A DNA stretch of 64,000 nt from Bdellovibrionales bacterium (GTDB taxonomy: Bacteria > Bdellovibrionota > Bdellovibrionia > Bdellovibrionales > UBA1609): positions 384,001 to 448,000 of the forward strand of contig CBDCMT010000001.1 in the NCBI GenBank assembly GCA_965219095.1, read 5' to 3'. Positions within the stretch are counted from its first letter, which is position 1. Each line of letters opens with the position of its first letter. The position numbers were made by a program, and so were the translations under genes. The notes under the pieces were generated by a model that saw nothing but the letters and a program-made list of their open reading frames with translations, was not told where the DNA came from and searched no databases. Below, in pieces: positions 32,390-44,081 of this stretch.

Positions 32390-33397
32390 TCAGAGTTCTG
32401 GAAGCAGAATCTGTCGGTCCACTTTAAAAATAGCTGTCAGTAAAGCCACCCTCACCCACATGCCGTTTCTCTCTTGCCTCCAGTACTTAGCTCTTGGATC
32501 AGAATCAACACGAGTGTCTAATTCTTCTTTTCTAGGAAGAGGATGCATGATCACACAAGAGGATTTTAAAAGTTCTAAGTGCTTGTACTTTAAATAATAC
32601 TTTCGATAAGAATCATCTTTTTTAGATCTATTAAAAATAGATCTAACTCCATCGTACTCACTTTGAAGCCTTGTCATATAAATCGCATCAGCTTGGGAGA
32701 GGACCTCTTCAAATTCTTGTGTTTCTGTAAAAGTTATGTGATGTGAAGTTTTAAGCTTATGTCTTAAATCTTCTTCAATAATAAATTCTTTAGGTGAAGA
32801 AAAAATAATATGAACTCCTTCAAAGTTTCTTAAGAGGAGACTTAAAGATCTCACGGTTCTTCCTCGTTTTAAATCTCCTACCATACAAATGGTTTTTCCA
32901 TCAATCCCTCCTTGCTCTTTTAAACTCCTCATAAGAGTATAAACATCTAAAAGGGCTTGGCTTGGATGCTCATCGGGACCACTTCCTGCATTGATAAGAG
33001 GAATAGGACGTGATGTTAAGTCTAAGCTTTCAGCCATCTTTTCACAGAAGCCTGCCTTAGAGGTTCTCATAATCAAAACATCTGCATAACTGGAAAAGGT
33101 TCTCACAGCATCTTCCATGGTTTCGCCCTTAAGTTCTGAACTCGTATTAGGGTTACGGATTTCAGAACACTGAATCCCCAAAATCTGACAAGCTGATTGA
33201 AAAGATAAAAAGGTACGTGTAGAGGGTTGAGTAAAATATAAAAGAGCACGTTTTTCACTTAAAAGATTTTTCAGATACAAAAGCTTATCCCTCTGCTTAT
33301 CATAGCGTCGAATTAGATTAGTAAGACGATACAAGTAATCCAAATTCTCACGGTTAAATTGTGCTCCACTTAAAACATGATAAACATCAAAGTTCAT
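32390..33397 (-). CDS. pyrB: Aspartate carbamoyltransferase catalytic subunit
   Basis: PSTRT, KGET, HPSQALLD, GDLKRGRTV, MHPLPR. Confidence 0.95.
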   Translation of the reverse strand: MNFDVYHVLSGAQFNRENLDYLYRLTNLIRRYDKQRDKLLYLKNLLSEKRALLYFTQPSTRTFLSFQSACQILGIQCSEIRNPNTSSELKGETMEDAVRTFSSYADVLIMRTSKAGFCEKMAESLDLTSRPIPLINAGSGPDEHPSQALLDVYTLMRSLKEQGGIDGKTICMVGDLKRGRTVRSLSLLLRNFEGVHIIFSSPKEFIIEEDLRHKLKTSHHITFTETQEFEEVLSQADAIYMTRLQSEYDGVRSIFNRSKKDDSYRKYYLKYKHLELLKSSCVIMHPLPRKEELDTRVDSDPRAKYWRQERNGMWVRVALLTAIFKVDRQILLPEL

Positions 33398-33407
33398 AAG
33401 ACTTATG

Positions 33408-33713
33408 TTATAGCTCTTTTAAAAAAAGCTCAAGAACTTTAAATCCCCCTTGAAAATAAAAAACATTCTTATAGCCTTGTTTTTCGAACTCTTCTTGCGT
33501 TCTTAAAGAAAGGTTCCCTTGGGAACATAAAAAGACCATAGGCTTTTGTTTATCTTTTGTAGTTTTTAGACTCTTTAAAGACACATCTTTTTTTACCTTT
33601 AAAAATCTCTTACTCAAAGGGTAAGGAGTTATGGATTCTAGAAAGCACAACTCAAAAGGAATAGAATGCAAGATGAGATTTTCTAGCTGGAAGTAAGAGA
33701 TGGCTTTTATCAA
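33408..33713 (-). CDS. Rhodanese-like domain protein
   Basis: VFLCSQG...GYKNVFYFQGG. Confidence 0.65.
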   Translation of the reverse strand: MIKAISYFQLENLILHSIPFELCFLESITPYPLSKRFLKVKKDVSLKSLKTTKDKQKPMVFLCSQGNLSLRTQEEFEKQGYKNVFYFQGGFKVLELFLKEL

Positions 33714-34930
33714 GACTTTCCTCGACTAGGCCATTTTCTAAAATCTTTTAAAAATACCATAAGAGATATCATAGTCAGAAAACTTGAAATAAAAAAAGGT
33801 GTGGAAGAAGCAAAGCTCTCATAAAGGATTCCTCCTAAAAGAGGACCTAAAATACGTCCAATAGAAGCCATACTCTGATTCACTCCTAAAGCCTCTCCTT
33901 GTCTATCCTTTGAAGATAGTATACTGATAGTACCCATAACTGAGGGCATCAACAAACCCGATAAGCCTACAAGAGTCAAAGCTACCACCAAATCAGGAAA
34001 AATTTTTGTAGAAAATCCTAAAAGACCAAAGCTTAAAATACCTAAACTCAATCCTAAAACAATGTTGACTTTCTCTCCAAAGAAAGGAATCAACCACCTT
34101 ACTAAAAAGGCATTTGTAATAATAATGACAAATCCCACATAAGCAAAGCCAAAGCTAGCTGTCACTACATCCAATATAAGCACATCCATAATGAATAGAA
34201 AAAAAGCAACCTCCATACAACTAAAACATGTATGAAATAGACATTGAATCACAAAAAGTTTATTAATTAAAGGTTTGAATAAATAATCATGAATATGATT
34301 TATTCTTTTCAAAAAAGGTTGAAAGTTAAGTGAAAATTTTTTATTTTTTTTCGGACTCTTATAAGTCTCTGTTAAAGTAAAATAACCTATAAGAAAACTA
34401 ACAAAACTGAGACTTGCGGATACAAGTGCCGGAAGAGAAAAGCTACTATTAGGTAAAAATGTTAGCTTTGCTCCTAAATCAACCAAAACCCCTCCTAAAA
34501 AGGGCCCTAAAAAAAATCCTAAGCCAATAGCAGCACCAATGATTCCCATGTTTTTTGAACGTTCTTTTTCTTTTGTAAGATCAGCGATCATAGCCTGCAC
34601 TGTGGAAACATTAGCTCCAAAAAAACCATTCAAACTACGAGCAATAAAAAGCACAACAATATGAAAGGAAAAGGCAAATAAAAGATGACTAAAGCAAGTC
34701 CCTAAAAGAGTGATAAGCAGAACAGGACGTCTTCCTATAAAATCGCTTAAAGAACCCCAAAAGGGGGAAAAAAGAAACTGAACGAGAGAAAAAGAAGACA
34801 TAAGACAGCCTAAAACAAAAGAAGAGCTTCCAAAGTGTTTCGCCAAGTAAGGTAAAATAGGTATTAAAATACCAAAACCAATAAAATCGACCACTAGAAT
34901 CAAAAAAGCCATAAAGAGATTTTTTTTCAT
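33710..34930 (-). CDS. MFS transporter, TetA/DHA1-like
   Basis: GSLSDFIGRRP motif A; many TM segments. Confidence 0.92.
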   Translation of the reverse strand: MKKNLFMAFLILVVDFIGFGILIPILPYLAKHFGSSSFVLGCLMSSFSLVQFLFSPFWGSLSDFIGRRPVLLITLLGTCFSHLLFAFSFHIVVLFIARSLNGFFGANVSTVQAMIADLTKEKERSKNMGIIGAAIGLGFFLGPFLGGVLVDLGAKLTFLPNSSFSLPALVSASLSFVSFLIGYFTLTETYKSPKKNKKFSLNFQPFLKRINHIHDYLFKPLINKLFVIQCLFHTCFSCMEVAFFLFIMDVLILDVVTASFGFAYVGFVIIITNAFLVRWLIPFFGEKVNIVLGLSLGILSFGLLGFSTKIFPDLVVALTLVGLSGLLMPSVMGTISILSSKDRQGEALGVNQSMASIGRILGPLLGGILYESFASSTPFFISSFLTMISLMVFLKDFRKWPSRGKS

Positions 34931-35518
34931 TTAAACTATATCCCCGCCTTTTAAAACTGCCACCACTGATTTAGAAATACTCTTAAGAGTTTCAAAAACA
35001 CCAATTTGTTTGATAGTGATTGCTTCAAAGTCAGGCTTATTCCAGTGATTTAGTTCCGTTCTTAATTCAGCTACAGATAAAATAGGACTTAAATCCCTTT
35101 TATTATACTGAAATACCATAGGTATTTTAGAAAAGTATTGTTCATAACTTTCTAAAACATGCTTTAAATCTTCTAAGGCTTGTAAGTTCTCCTTTAATCT
35201 TTCCTCTTGAGAATCAGCTACAAATACAATACCGTCAACACCTCTAAGGACAATTCTACGAGTTGTTTGTAAAGCTATCTGTCCAGGCACTGTGTAAAGG
35301 TGAAATCGTGTCTTAAATCCACGAATTTCACCTACATCAATAGGTAAACAGTCAAAAAAAAAAGTTCTTTCTTCATTACCTGCTAAACTAAGAAGCTTAG
35401 AGGAGTGATTGAATTTATTATAGACACATTTAATGTTGCTTGTTTTTCCTCCTAAAGAAGGGCCACAATAAACAATTTTACAATGAATTTCTTTAGTATT
35501 AATGTTAACAAAAGACAT
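34931..35518 (-). CDS. mglA: MglA small Ras-like GTPase
   Basis: KIVYCGPSLGGKT, RTFFFD, TVPGQ, QYNKRDL. Confidence 0.92.
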   Translation of the reverse strand: MSFVNINTKEIHCKIVYCGPSLGGKTSNIKCVYNKFNHSSKLLSLAGNEERTFFFDCLPIDVGEIRGFKTRFHLYTVPGQIALQTTRRIVLRGVDGIVFVADSQEERLKENLQALEDLKHVLESYEQYFSKIPMVFQYNKRDLSPILSVAELRTELNHWNKPDFEAITIKQIGVFETLKSISKSVVAVLKGGDIV

Positions 35519-36123
35519 TATACTTCCACCCGGTATTCAAGAGCTCTCCCTAAAGTGCGATAATCAATATAATCAATATCCCCTCCAAAAGGAACCCCAT
35601 GAGCAATGCGAGTCACTTTTACATCTTGATTTTCAAAAAGTTTTGATATGTACAAAACTGTAGTATCTCCCTCTAAATCTGCATCTAGAGCTAAAATAAT
35701 TTCTTTTGCTTTACACACCTCCACCCTTTTGACAAGCTCTCTCATCCTAAGATCACTAGGTTTAACTCCCTCTAAAGGAGCGATCGTACCATGCAGTACA
35801 TGGTACTGACCTTTAAACCTATGAGACGATTCAATAGCCAAAATGTCAAAAGGATCTTCTACAACACAAAAAACATCAGACTGACGAGAGCTATCAGAAC
35901 AAAGAAGACATTTGTCTTTTTCTTCAGTATAGCTAAAGCACTCAGGACATTTCTTGATTCTCTGTCTAGCTTCTTTTAGAGCTTCTCTTAACTCTTCGAC
36001 TTCAAGCCCATCTGTTTTCAAAAGATGATAAGCAAGCCGTGTGGCTGTTTTTGCTCCTACGCTAGGAAGCTTATTTAACTCAAAGGTGAGTTTCTCAAAA
36101 GAAGGAAGATTTTTTAGAATCAT
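35518..36123 (-). CDS. recR: Recombination mediator RecR
   Basis: LPSVGAKTATRLA, C4 zinc finger, YHVLHG, Toprim domain. Confidence 0.96.
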   Translation of the reverse strand: MILKNLPSFEKLTFELNKLPSVGAKTATRLAYHLLKTDGLEVEELREALKEARQRIKKCPECFSYTEEKDKCLLCSDSSRQSDVFCVVEDPFDILAIESSHRFKGQYHVLHGTIAPLEGVKPSDLRMRELVKRVEVCKAKEIILALDADLEGDTTVLYISKLFENQDVKVTRIAHGVPFGGDIDYIDYRTLGRALEYRVEV

Positions 36124-36432
36124 TTACAAACTCAAACCACCAGTCAAACGAGACATTTCTTTTTCATTAGTTTCCGAAGCTGTTTTCATAGCTTCATTGA
36201 CTGCTGTTAAAACCATGTCCTCTAAAATTTCAGGATCTTTTTCTTCTAAAACCTCTGGTTTAATTTTAATTTCAGAGATTTGATAAGATCCGTTTACTTT
36301 AACACCCACAGCCCCGCCCCCTGAACTAGCTTCATACTCTCTTGTTTTCAACTCTTCTTTTGTTTTTTTCATACGTGCTTGTATTTGGCTAGCTTGTTTC
36401 ATTAATTGTTGCATACCACCTGGTATTTTCAT
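36124..36432 (-). CDS. ybaB: YbaB/EbfC nucleoid-associated protein
   Basis: SGGGAV, LEDMVLTAVNEA; lies between dnaX and recR. Confidence 0.94.
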   Translation of the reverse strand: MKIPGGMQQLMKQASQIQARMKKTKEELKTREYEASSGGGAVGVKVNGSYQISEIKIKPEVLEEKDPEILEDMVLTAVNEAMKTASETNEKEMSRLTGGLSL

Positions 36433-36445
36433 ATTACACTCCTTT

Positions 36446-38041
36446 TTATTCCTTTGATAGAATGATAGATTGAATTTTATTTTTAAATACTTTCTTTGTC
36501 ATTTCAATAATTTCATGGTTTTCAACTTCTTTTTTTATATCCTCTCTTTTTTGGTTTTCCTCTCTCTCCTCTTCATCCTTTAAACTCATAAAAAAAGAAG
36601 TTGGACCTCCATCATTACGAATCTTAAAGGTGACTTGATAACCTGCTTCCCAAAAAGTGTTTAAATAATTAGTAAGCTTAGGTTTAACATCCCTGTTCAT
36701 GCCATCATACATAAACTTCATTGTTTGAGGAACCTCCAAAATAAGAGATTTATTCTTGTTTTCTAAAACAACAAGATGCTTTAATTGAGCAGCTATCATA
36801 GGATCAGATTTTCTAACTTTTTCAATCAAATCCCTCCATTCACAAGAAGAACTCTCTTCAGAAGGATTGACGTTTTGAGAAGAATTTTTCTGGGAGGAGT
36901 TTTTCTGAGAAGAAGGCTGAGAGAAGTTTTCAACCTTCTTCTTCCCTAACATCGTAGCCTTAAGGAGTAAAACCTCTAAAGCTAAAAAAGGGGTTGAAGT
37001 GAAACGTAAAATCCTCTCACCTTCTAAAAACAAATCAAAAAGTTTATAAAGACTAGACACATCTGCATCCTGAGAAAGCCTTTGAAGATGAGCTTGTTCT
37101 ACTTGAGACACTTCCATAAGACGAGACTGAACACCCCAAAACTTCACGATCAGTAAATTTCTTAAAATTTGTAAAATGTTTTTTAAAAGACGATGGGGAT
37201 CTTCAGAAGAGGTTTTAAAAATTTCCATAACACTTAACACGCTTTTCGTATCTCCTTTTAAAAAAGCCTTTACGAGTTGTAGTATGTTCTTTCTCGATGT
37301 AAGACCTAAAAGATCATAAAGTGTTTCACTTGTAATATGGTGATCTGAAAACGTAATGGCCTGCTCTAAGAGAGTTTCACTATCCCTTACACAACCCTCT
37401 CCTTCATAAGCTATAAGCCATAAAGCTTCTTCATCTATTTTTACTTTTTCTTTTTGACAAATACTTTCTAAACGTTTCACAAGTAAAGTTGATGGAATCC
37501 GTTTAAAACGAAACTTCTGACAACGAGACAAAATGGTATTAGGAATCTTGTGAGCCTCTGTAGTAGCTAAAATAAACACAACATGCCTAGGGGGCTCCTC
37601 TAAGGTTTTCAAAAGAGCATTAAAAGCACTGGTAGATAGCATATGAACTTCATCAATAATATAGATTTTATAAAAGCCACTACAAGGGCTGTAATCCACA
37701 GAATTTTTAAGCTCACGAATGGAATCCACTCCATTGTTGCTAGCTCCATCAATCTCAATTACATGAAGATTTTGGCCTTCCAAAATAGCTAAACATTCAG
37801 AACATTTATCGCAAGAAATATGATTTTTTTTATTTTCACATCTAAGTATTTTCGCCAAAATTCTAGCTGTAGAAGTCTTCCCTGTCCCTCGAGGTCCTGT
37901 AAATAAAAGTACTTGAGGCACTCTGTTCATAGAAAAACTGTTCATCAAAGTTTGACAAACTGTTCCCTGCCCTATCAACTCAGAAAAGCTCTTAGGTCTC
38001 CATTTTCTAGCTATAACTTGATGCTTATGAAGCAAAATCAA
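36446..38041 (-). CDS. dnaX: DNA polymerase III subunit gamma/tau
   Basis: ARKWRP, GPRGTGKT, IDEVHML, SRC. Confidence 0.96.
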   Translation of the reverse strand: MILLHKHQVIARKWRPKSFSELIGQGTVCQTLMNSFSMNRVPQVLLFTGPRGTGKTSTARILAKILRCENKKNHISCDKCSECLAILEGQNLHVIEIDGASNNGVDSIRELKNSVDYSPCSGFYKIYIIDEVHMLSTSAFNALLKTLEEPPRHVVFILATTEAHKIPNTILSRCQKFRFKRIPSTLLVKRLESICQKEKVKIDEEALWLIAYEGEGCVRDSETLLEQAITFSDHHITSETLYDLLGLTSRKNILQLVKAFLKGDTKSVLSVMEIFKTSSEDPHRLLKNILQILRNLLIVKFWGVQSRLMEVSQVEQAHLQRLSQDADVSSLYKLFDLFLEGERILRFTSTPFLALEVLLLKATMLGKKKVENFSQPSSQKNSSQKNSSQNVNPSEESSSCEWRDLIEKVRKSDPMIAAQLKHLVVLENKNKSLILEVPQTMKFMYDGMNRDVKPKLTNYLNTFWEAGYQVTFKIRNDGGPTSFFMSLKDEEEREENQKREDIKKEVENHEIIEMTKKVFKNKIQSIILSKE

Positions 38042-38057
38042 CTCCTTTTACAAATGT

Positions 38058-38149
38058 GATGGGCACCCTATATCACATAATCCCCTCACTGCCCTTGCTA
38101 TCTTCCGATCCTGGGGGATTTGCAAGGTTTTTATTGTATAGGACCCATC
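38058..38149 (-). ncRNA. ffs: Small SRP RNA (4.5S)
   Basis: Minus strand CAGGATCGGAAGATAGCAAGGG helix-8 core inside a long hairpin closed by GATGGGTCCTATA/TATAGGGTGCCCATC; upstream of dnaX. Confidence 0.88.
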
Positions 38150-38333
38150 GACTTAACAGTATACTTATAAGTGTATGAAAATTCAACACTAAAGCGAAAA
38201 GACAAAAAACAATCTTTAAATTTTAAAGGAAATTTAACACATAACAACATAAAAGTTTAAATGATACACTGCTTTTAAAATAAGATGGATTTGCTACCGA
38301 TCTTCTTTATAAGCTACTATAAAAAAGAAGCTA

Positions 38334-38406
38334 TATAGTGAATACGCTTAAATTTTCCGGTCGATTCTCTAGAGAAAAAACTGAAAACCTAAACGGAAGC
38401 ACTATA
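38334..38406 (+). mobile_element. IS630-derived MITE, copy 2
   Basis: Near-identical to 16446-16519; TA-bounded. Confidence 0.85.
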
Positions 38407-38418
38407 TAAGGGGGAGTT

Positions 38419-39210
38419 TTGAAATTAAAACAACAATTAGAACTTTTTAAACCCCAGTCAGAACACCTTTGGTTTTTATCAAGACCTGTACGCCTAAAAC
38501 GAAAAGGGTTTTGTCGTAACTGGTCTGTCTCTATCTCACCTGAACAAGACATTATTGTCCAAGTGGGAAAAACCACATCCTCCCATGCCATCTCCTTATT
38601 TCTTGAGAAAATGAGACCATGGATTGAAAAAACCATTAAAAACCTTGAAAAAATCAAAAAACTCTATCCTCCTCATCAATTTATAGAGGGAGAGAAGTTT
38701 TTGCTAAAAGGAAAAGAGTTGGTTTTAACTTATGAAAAATCCTCCCAAAAAAGAATCTATGTCAATTACGATGAACGTTTTTTAAATGTAAAAACACCTT
38801 CATCCTGGATGATCGACGAATTGTCCTATCCTCAAAAAGAAGAGGTTCAAAAGCACATCATCTTATTTTACAAAAAGCAAGGTTTTGAGGTTCTTAAAAA
38901 AAGAATCATTTATTGGTCTAAAAAAACAGGACTTTATCCTAAGAGAGTGACCCTTAGAGGACAGAAAACTTTATGGGGAAGCTGTTCCGATGACAAAAAA
39001 ATCAGTTTAAACTGGAAGTTAATTGCTTTTCATTTAAAATTTATTGATTACGTGATAGTCCATGAATTATGTCACATTAAGGAAATGTCCCATTCTCAAA
39101 AATTTTGGAATCTTGTAGAACAATACATTCCCTACTACGAAGAGATGAAAAGAGACTTTAAAGATGCTGTCTATAGAGTGGATTTTTTAAATAAAGATTT
39201 AAGAGCTTAA
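38419..39210 (+). CDS. M48/DUF45 (YgjP-like) metallopeptidase
   Basis: QKTLWGSCS, DYVIVHELCH, SHSQKFW. Confidence 0.9.
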   Translation: MKLKQQLELFKPQSEHLWFLSRPVRLKRKGFCRNWSVSISPEQDIIVQVGKTTSSHAISLFLEKMRPWIEKTIKNLEKIKKLYPPHQFIEGEKFLLKGKELVLTYEKSSQKRIYVNYDERFLNVKTPSSWMIDELSYPQKEEVQKHIILFYKKQGFEVLKKRIIYWSKKTGLYPKRVTLRGQKTLWGSCSDDKKISLNWKLIAFHLKFIDYVIVHELCHIKEMSHSQKFWNLVEQYIPYYEEMKRDFKDAVYRVDFLNKDLRA

Positions 39211-39241
39211 CTCAAAAAATCTCTCCAAAGAAAATAAAATC

Positions 39242-41202
39242 ATGAAGCAAATGATCTCAATTTTTTGTAACTGCTCACCTACATTGTTCAGTTATCCCTA
39301 ACTTTAGACCTGTTTTAAGATAAAAGTCTTGCTCTTACAGATTTTCTTTTAAATACTTTTTTCAAATGACAATAAATAAGACCTCCATCAGAAATGAGAT
39401 TAAAAATATAAGAAGTGACTTTGATAAGTTTGCAAAGAAAGGTTCTGTGCCTACTGAGATTTCTGTGATTGTTGAATCTCTCTTTAAGGTTGTGAACATT
39501 CTGATTGTTGTGTTTTTAGAAAAACAGGTTCGAAAAAATTCCAGCAACAGCGGTCTTCCTCCTTCGCAAGATTTTAGTCGTCAAGGGAATCGTAATAAGA
39601 AAGCTAGTGGGAGTCAGAAAAAGGGCTCTAGACTTGATAACAGTAAAGATACAAACAGTGAGGAGACTGTCTCTCCCTCAGAGTGTTCTCAGTGTGGGAT
39701 GTGTTTAAAGACAGCAGAGGTAAAAAGCCTTGAGAAGCGTAAAAAGATTGATATTTTTTATGAAATTCAGACCCATACTGTAACTTCTGAAGTTAAGGAT
39801 TGTCCCTCATGTGGAGCTAGAAATAAAGGTCAATTCCCTAAAGGTATGAGTGGTCCTCTTCAGTATGGTATAGGCATTAGAGCTTCCATCATCAATTTCA
39901 TTATAGTTCAGATGCTGTCTTTTCAACGTGTTGGGGAACATTACATGGGGCTTATAGGTCGAATGATTTCTCCTGCAGTTATGTTGAGATACATTGCTGA
40001 ATTAGGAGAGTTTCTTAAAAGTTGGGAAGAGCAGATGAAAGAAAAGATACTTGAATCAGAGGTCATTCATGTTGATGAGACCTCTATGAGGGTTAAGGGT
40101 AAAAACTACTGGATTCATACTTATAGTTCAGGAGAATTAGTCTTGCAGTTTCTCCACCTTTCAGGTGGAAGGGAAGCCATAAAAGATATTGGTCTCTTGG
40201 ATAGATATGGAGGAGTGCTTGTGCATGATTGTTGGAGTCCTTACTTTTGTTATGATAAGATAACTCATGCTTTGTGTGTGGCTCACCTTTTGAGAGAGCT
40301 TAAATTTATAGAAGAAAGCAATGGATTCAAATGGGCTACAAATCTCAAAAAACTTCTTAAAGAGACTGTGGAGCTAGTTCATAAAAAAGAGTCAAGAGTT
40401 CTGACTCAAAAAGAGTACGAAACTCTTCAGAGAAGGTATAGGAGTATTCTTACAAAAGGCTTAAAAGAGCTTCCAGAATTTCCTAAGAAAAATGGCAAGA
40501 AAGGACGAATAAAGCATACACAAGCTCAAAACCTTTGGCTGCGATTTAAAAAGTATGAAGCAGAAATACTGTGCTTTGCTAAAAGAAAGAACGTAGATCC
40601 TACTAATAACAGAGCTGAAAGAGATCTAAGAATGACTAAAGTGAAAAAGAAAGTGTCAGGGTGTTTCAGAACAGAAGAAATGGCGAAATATTTTTGTCGC
40701 ATTACCAGCTATGTTAAAACAATGAGAAATAGAGGGTATTCTTCTTTAGAAGCCATCTCTATGGCTTTAAATAAAAATTTACGAGAGTGAGCAGTTACAA
40801 TTTTTTTAACTCAAACCGTTGATCTTGTATGGGGTCTTCCTCTTGTAAGCTTACTTCTTTTGGGTGGCTTTTATCTTATGCTGGTATCTAGAGGACGACC
40901 TTTATTGCAACTTTTTCATGCTTTTCAGATCACTTTAGGAAAAAAACATGTAGGTTCTCTAAAAGCAGAGGGACAGATCACCCATTTTAAGGCTCTCTCT
41001 AATGCTCTATCTGCCACCATTGGCATGGGAAACATTGCTGGTGTAGAGCTATAGCTATTAAATTAGGAGGACCGGAAGCTGTTTTTTGGATGTGGATTAT
41101 GGCTTTTTTAGGAATGAACACAAAGTTTTTTGAATGCACTCTTGCAGTTTTACACAGAGCAAAAGACTACAAACATGAAATCCAAGGTGGACCTATGTAT
41201 TA
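39242..41202 (+). pseudogene. Alanine/glycine:cation symporter (AgcS family), disrupted and 3'-deleted
   Basis: ATG 39242; resumes after IS66 (LVWGLP, ATIGMGNIAGV, GGPEAVFWMW, GGPMYY); frameshift at ~41046; ends at IS630. Confidence 0.88.
39267..40798 (+). mobile_element. IS66-family single-ORF element, intact (transposase 39366..40790)
   Basis: GTAACTGCTCAC IRs; 8-bp duplication AATTTTTT; 474-aa ORF. Confidence 0.95.
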
Positions 41203-44081
41203 TATAGTGCTTCCGCTTAGGTTTTCCGTTTTTTTTTGAGTTGAGGTCTAGTTTTTATTCTAAGGCCTTGATAAAAAGTCATTTATTTTTAAAAATAGTT
41301 TCATATGTCAGGGTTTCTATCAAAAAAAGAGCGAAAAGATTTACTCTATGAACTATCTCTAGAGAAAAATCTTAAATACGCAAAAAGGATTATGACAATT
41401 CTCCATTTAGATAAAGGTAAGTTGTGTGAAAGATATTGCCTGCTTTCTTTTCATTGATGAGGGTACGATAAGAGCCTGTAGAGATCGTTATAACAAAGGT
41501 GGGATACCTAAATTCCCGACAAAAAATATACACTAGGATTTAAGTTCTGCTCAGAATCTGGAAAATTTCTTATTCCCCCTCGTAAAAAGTAGGATTTTAT
41601 AGAATTTTTAGAGATAAATACTCTTGCCTATGCTTAATCCTGATGTATAATATATACAGCAGGATTGCTAGGAGGATATGCGATGAGTTTCATTAGAAGA
41701 ATAAAAAAGAAGGATGGACAAGTTTATTTGGCTGAAGTTGAGAGCAAATGGATCAATGGGAAATCGGTTCAAAAGCATATTCGTTATATTGGAAAAGAGA
41801 TTAATGGAGAAGTTGTGCTTTCTCTCTCATCAAAAGATCTCCAAGTGGATGGAGTTAAGGTATATGGCCCCCTTTTACTATTCCATAGTATCTCAAAAAA
41901 AATTAAACTTCCAGAAATTTTAGGTGAATATTCTGATGAGATTCTCAGTATGATTTATGCCCACTGTATGGATTATAGAAGTGTACGTAATATGCCAAAA
42001 TGGTACGAGAGGACAGACTTAAATCTTCTTTTAGATTTAGGAAATCTAACGGAAGCTCGATTAGTTAAAGCAATGGATAGTATAAATGATGATCAAATAG
42101 AGATTTATCAAAGGTCTATTTTTAGCAACGTAAAAAAGATGTATAGGTTGGACTCTAAAGGAATAGTATATGATCTAACAAACACTTATTTTTATGGGAA
42201 GCATTGTGTTATGGGGAAAGTGGAAAGAAGTAAAGATGGGCGTCGACAAAATGATCTTATCCAAATAGCACTTGCAACGACTCAAAAGGACGGAATTCCA
42301 GTATTCCACAAAACCTTTGATGGAAATATCCATGACAGTAAAACTCTAGCGGACGTTTCCAATAATTTTTCTCAACACAGTCTTCAGTCTGGACTACTCA
42401 TCTATGATCGAGGCATAGTATCCGAGAAAAACATTGATTTCATAGGGGATTTAGGCTGGCACACGTTGTGTGGCTTGCCTATGCGAGAAAAAGAAAAAGC
42501 TATCATAAGACGAACTATAAAGAATGATTCTATAAATAATATTTCAAATATGGTGACAATTGGAGAAAGTATTTTTTACGTTAAAGGTATACCTCATTCA
42601 TTCGGATCGATTAAAGGAAAGCTTGTCATCTGCTATAATGAATCTAAAAAAACAGAAATCACAGAGTCAAGGAGGAAAAGGATTCTAAATGCTCAGGAGT
42701 TAATAAATAAAAATAAAAAAATTGAAGAAGGACTTAGAAAGCACTTGACTCCCAGGGGAAGAATAAGAACTGATGTGTTAAAGAAAGATGAGGAGCTTGA
42801 TGGATACTCGTGTATATTTTCTACGAAGAAGATCTCCGACAAAGAAATGGTGAGATTGTATTTTGACAAAGAGATCATTGAAAGAGCTTTCAAAACTTTA
42901 AAAGGTATTTCAAATGTACGCCCTATTAGATTTTGGTTAAATAAGAGAGTCAAGTCACATGTTTTTATCTGCTATTTATCTTATTTCATATTATCTATCC
43001 TTAAACTAAATCTAAAATCTAAGGGCATAAATATGTCGCCAGAAAAAGCAATTGAAAACTTAGAAACTATGTACAACGTTTATCTATCAGATAACCGTAA
43101 AAAACATAAATTTACTAGAACCGTAACTCTTAACAAAACTCAAGAACAGATATTGAAATCGGTGGACCCAAAAATTTTAAAGAATCACATAATGCTTTCT
43201 TGAAAACCTAGTGTATACTTTTGGCCAAAAATTTAGGGGGATAGAGTGCTTAATCAACGACAATTACAACCCTAAAAGGTCCTTTTAACTAAGAAAGAGG
43301 AGAAAGTGCTTTTAAAGGAATTAGAGAAAAGAATTTTTCCATCATCACAGGCCCTTATTCAGTTCATTGAGGAGAATTTTGGTGTTACGTACTCAACAAG
43401 TGGTGTAATTGATCTTCTCCATCGCCTTGGTTTTTCTTATAAAAAAGCCACAGCGATACCGGGTAAGGCAAAGAGAGAAGAGCAGAAAAAGTTTGTGCGT
43501 AAATACAAGAGAATTAAGAAGAAGGGTGGTCTTGTTTACTTTGCTGATTCCACACATCCTGAGTGGGGCCCTACGATTTCATATGGTTGGATAAGAGAGG
43601 GTAAGAAGTTTGAAGTGAAGACCAATTCAGGCTGGAGAAAAAGAGTGAATGTTTGTGGAGCTATTGAGATCAATAGTTTGAAGACGGTAGTCAGGAGTCA
43701 TAAGACAGTTAACGAAGTTTTTCTATATGATATGCTCTATCATATTCATTAAGAAGTATTCCGATGAAAAAGAGATTCATCTTATCTTAGATGGGGCCGG
43801 ATACAATAGATCGAAGTCTGTCAAGAAGTTCGCGAAAGAGTTGAATATAAAACTTGTTTATCTTCCTCCGTACTCACCGAATTTAAATCCTATAGAAAGG
43901 CTTTGGAAGTTTATGAAAAAAGAGGTCACGGCGAATCGATATTATGAAAACTATGACGATTTCAAGGGAAGTTTAAGTCAATTTTTTAGAGGAATACGAA
44001 AACACAGATCTAAATTAGAAACTTTGATAACTGATAACTTCTCTATCTTAGGAAACTGAAAACCTAAACAGAAGCACTATA
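41203..44081 (+). mobile_element. IS630 type A with both ends, interrupted by IS1634 and frameshifted
   Basis: TATAGTGCTTCC... left end and ...GAAGCACTATA right end; ORF pieces from 41305, 43306 and 43727. Confidence 0.9.
41507..43237 (+). mobile_element. IS1634-family element, intact (transposase ~41683..43203)
   Basis: CCTAAATT...AATTTAGG ends; 6-bp duplication GGGATA; YDLTNTYF, YDRG, IERAFKTLK. Confidence 0.93.

Noticed and set aside
38150..38330. Possible tRNA upstream of ffs-dnaX
   Set aside because: No cloverleaf or T-loop motif visible; AT-rich promoter-like DNA.
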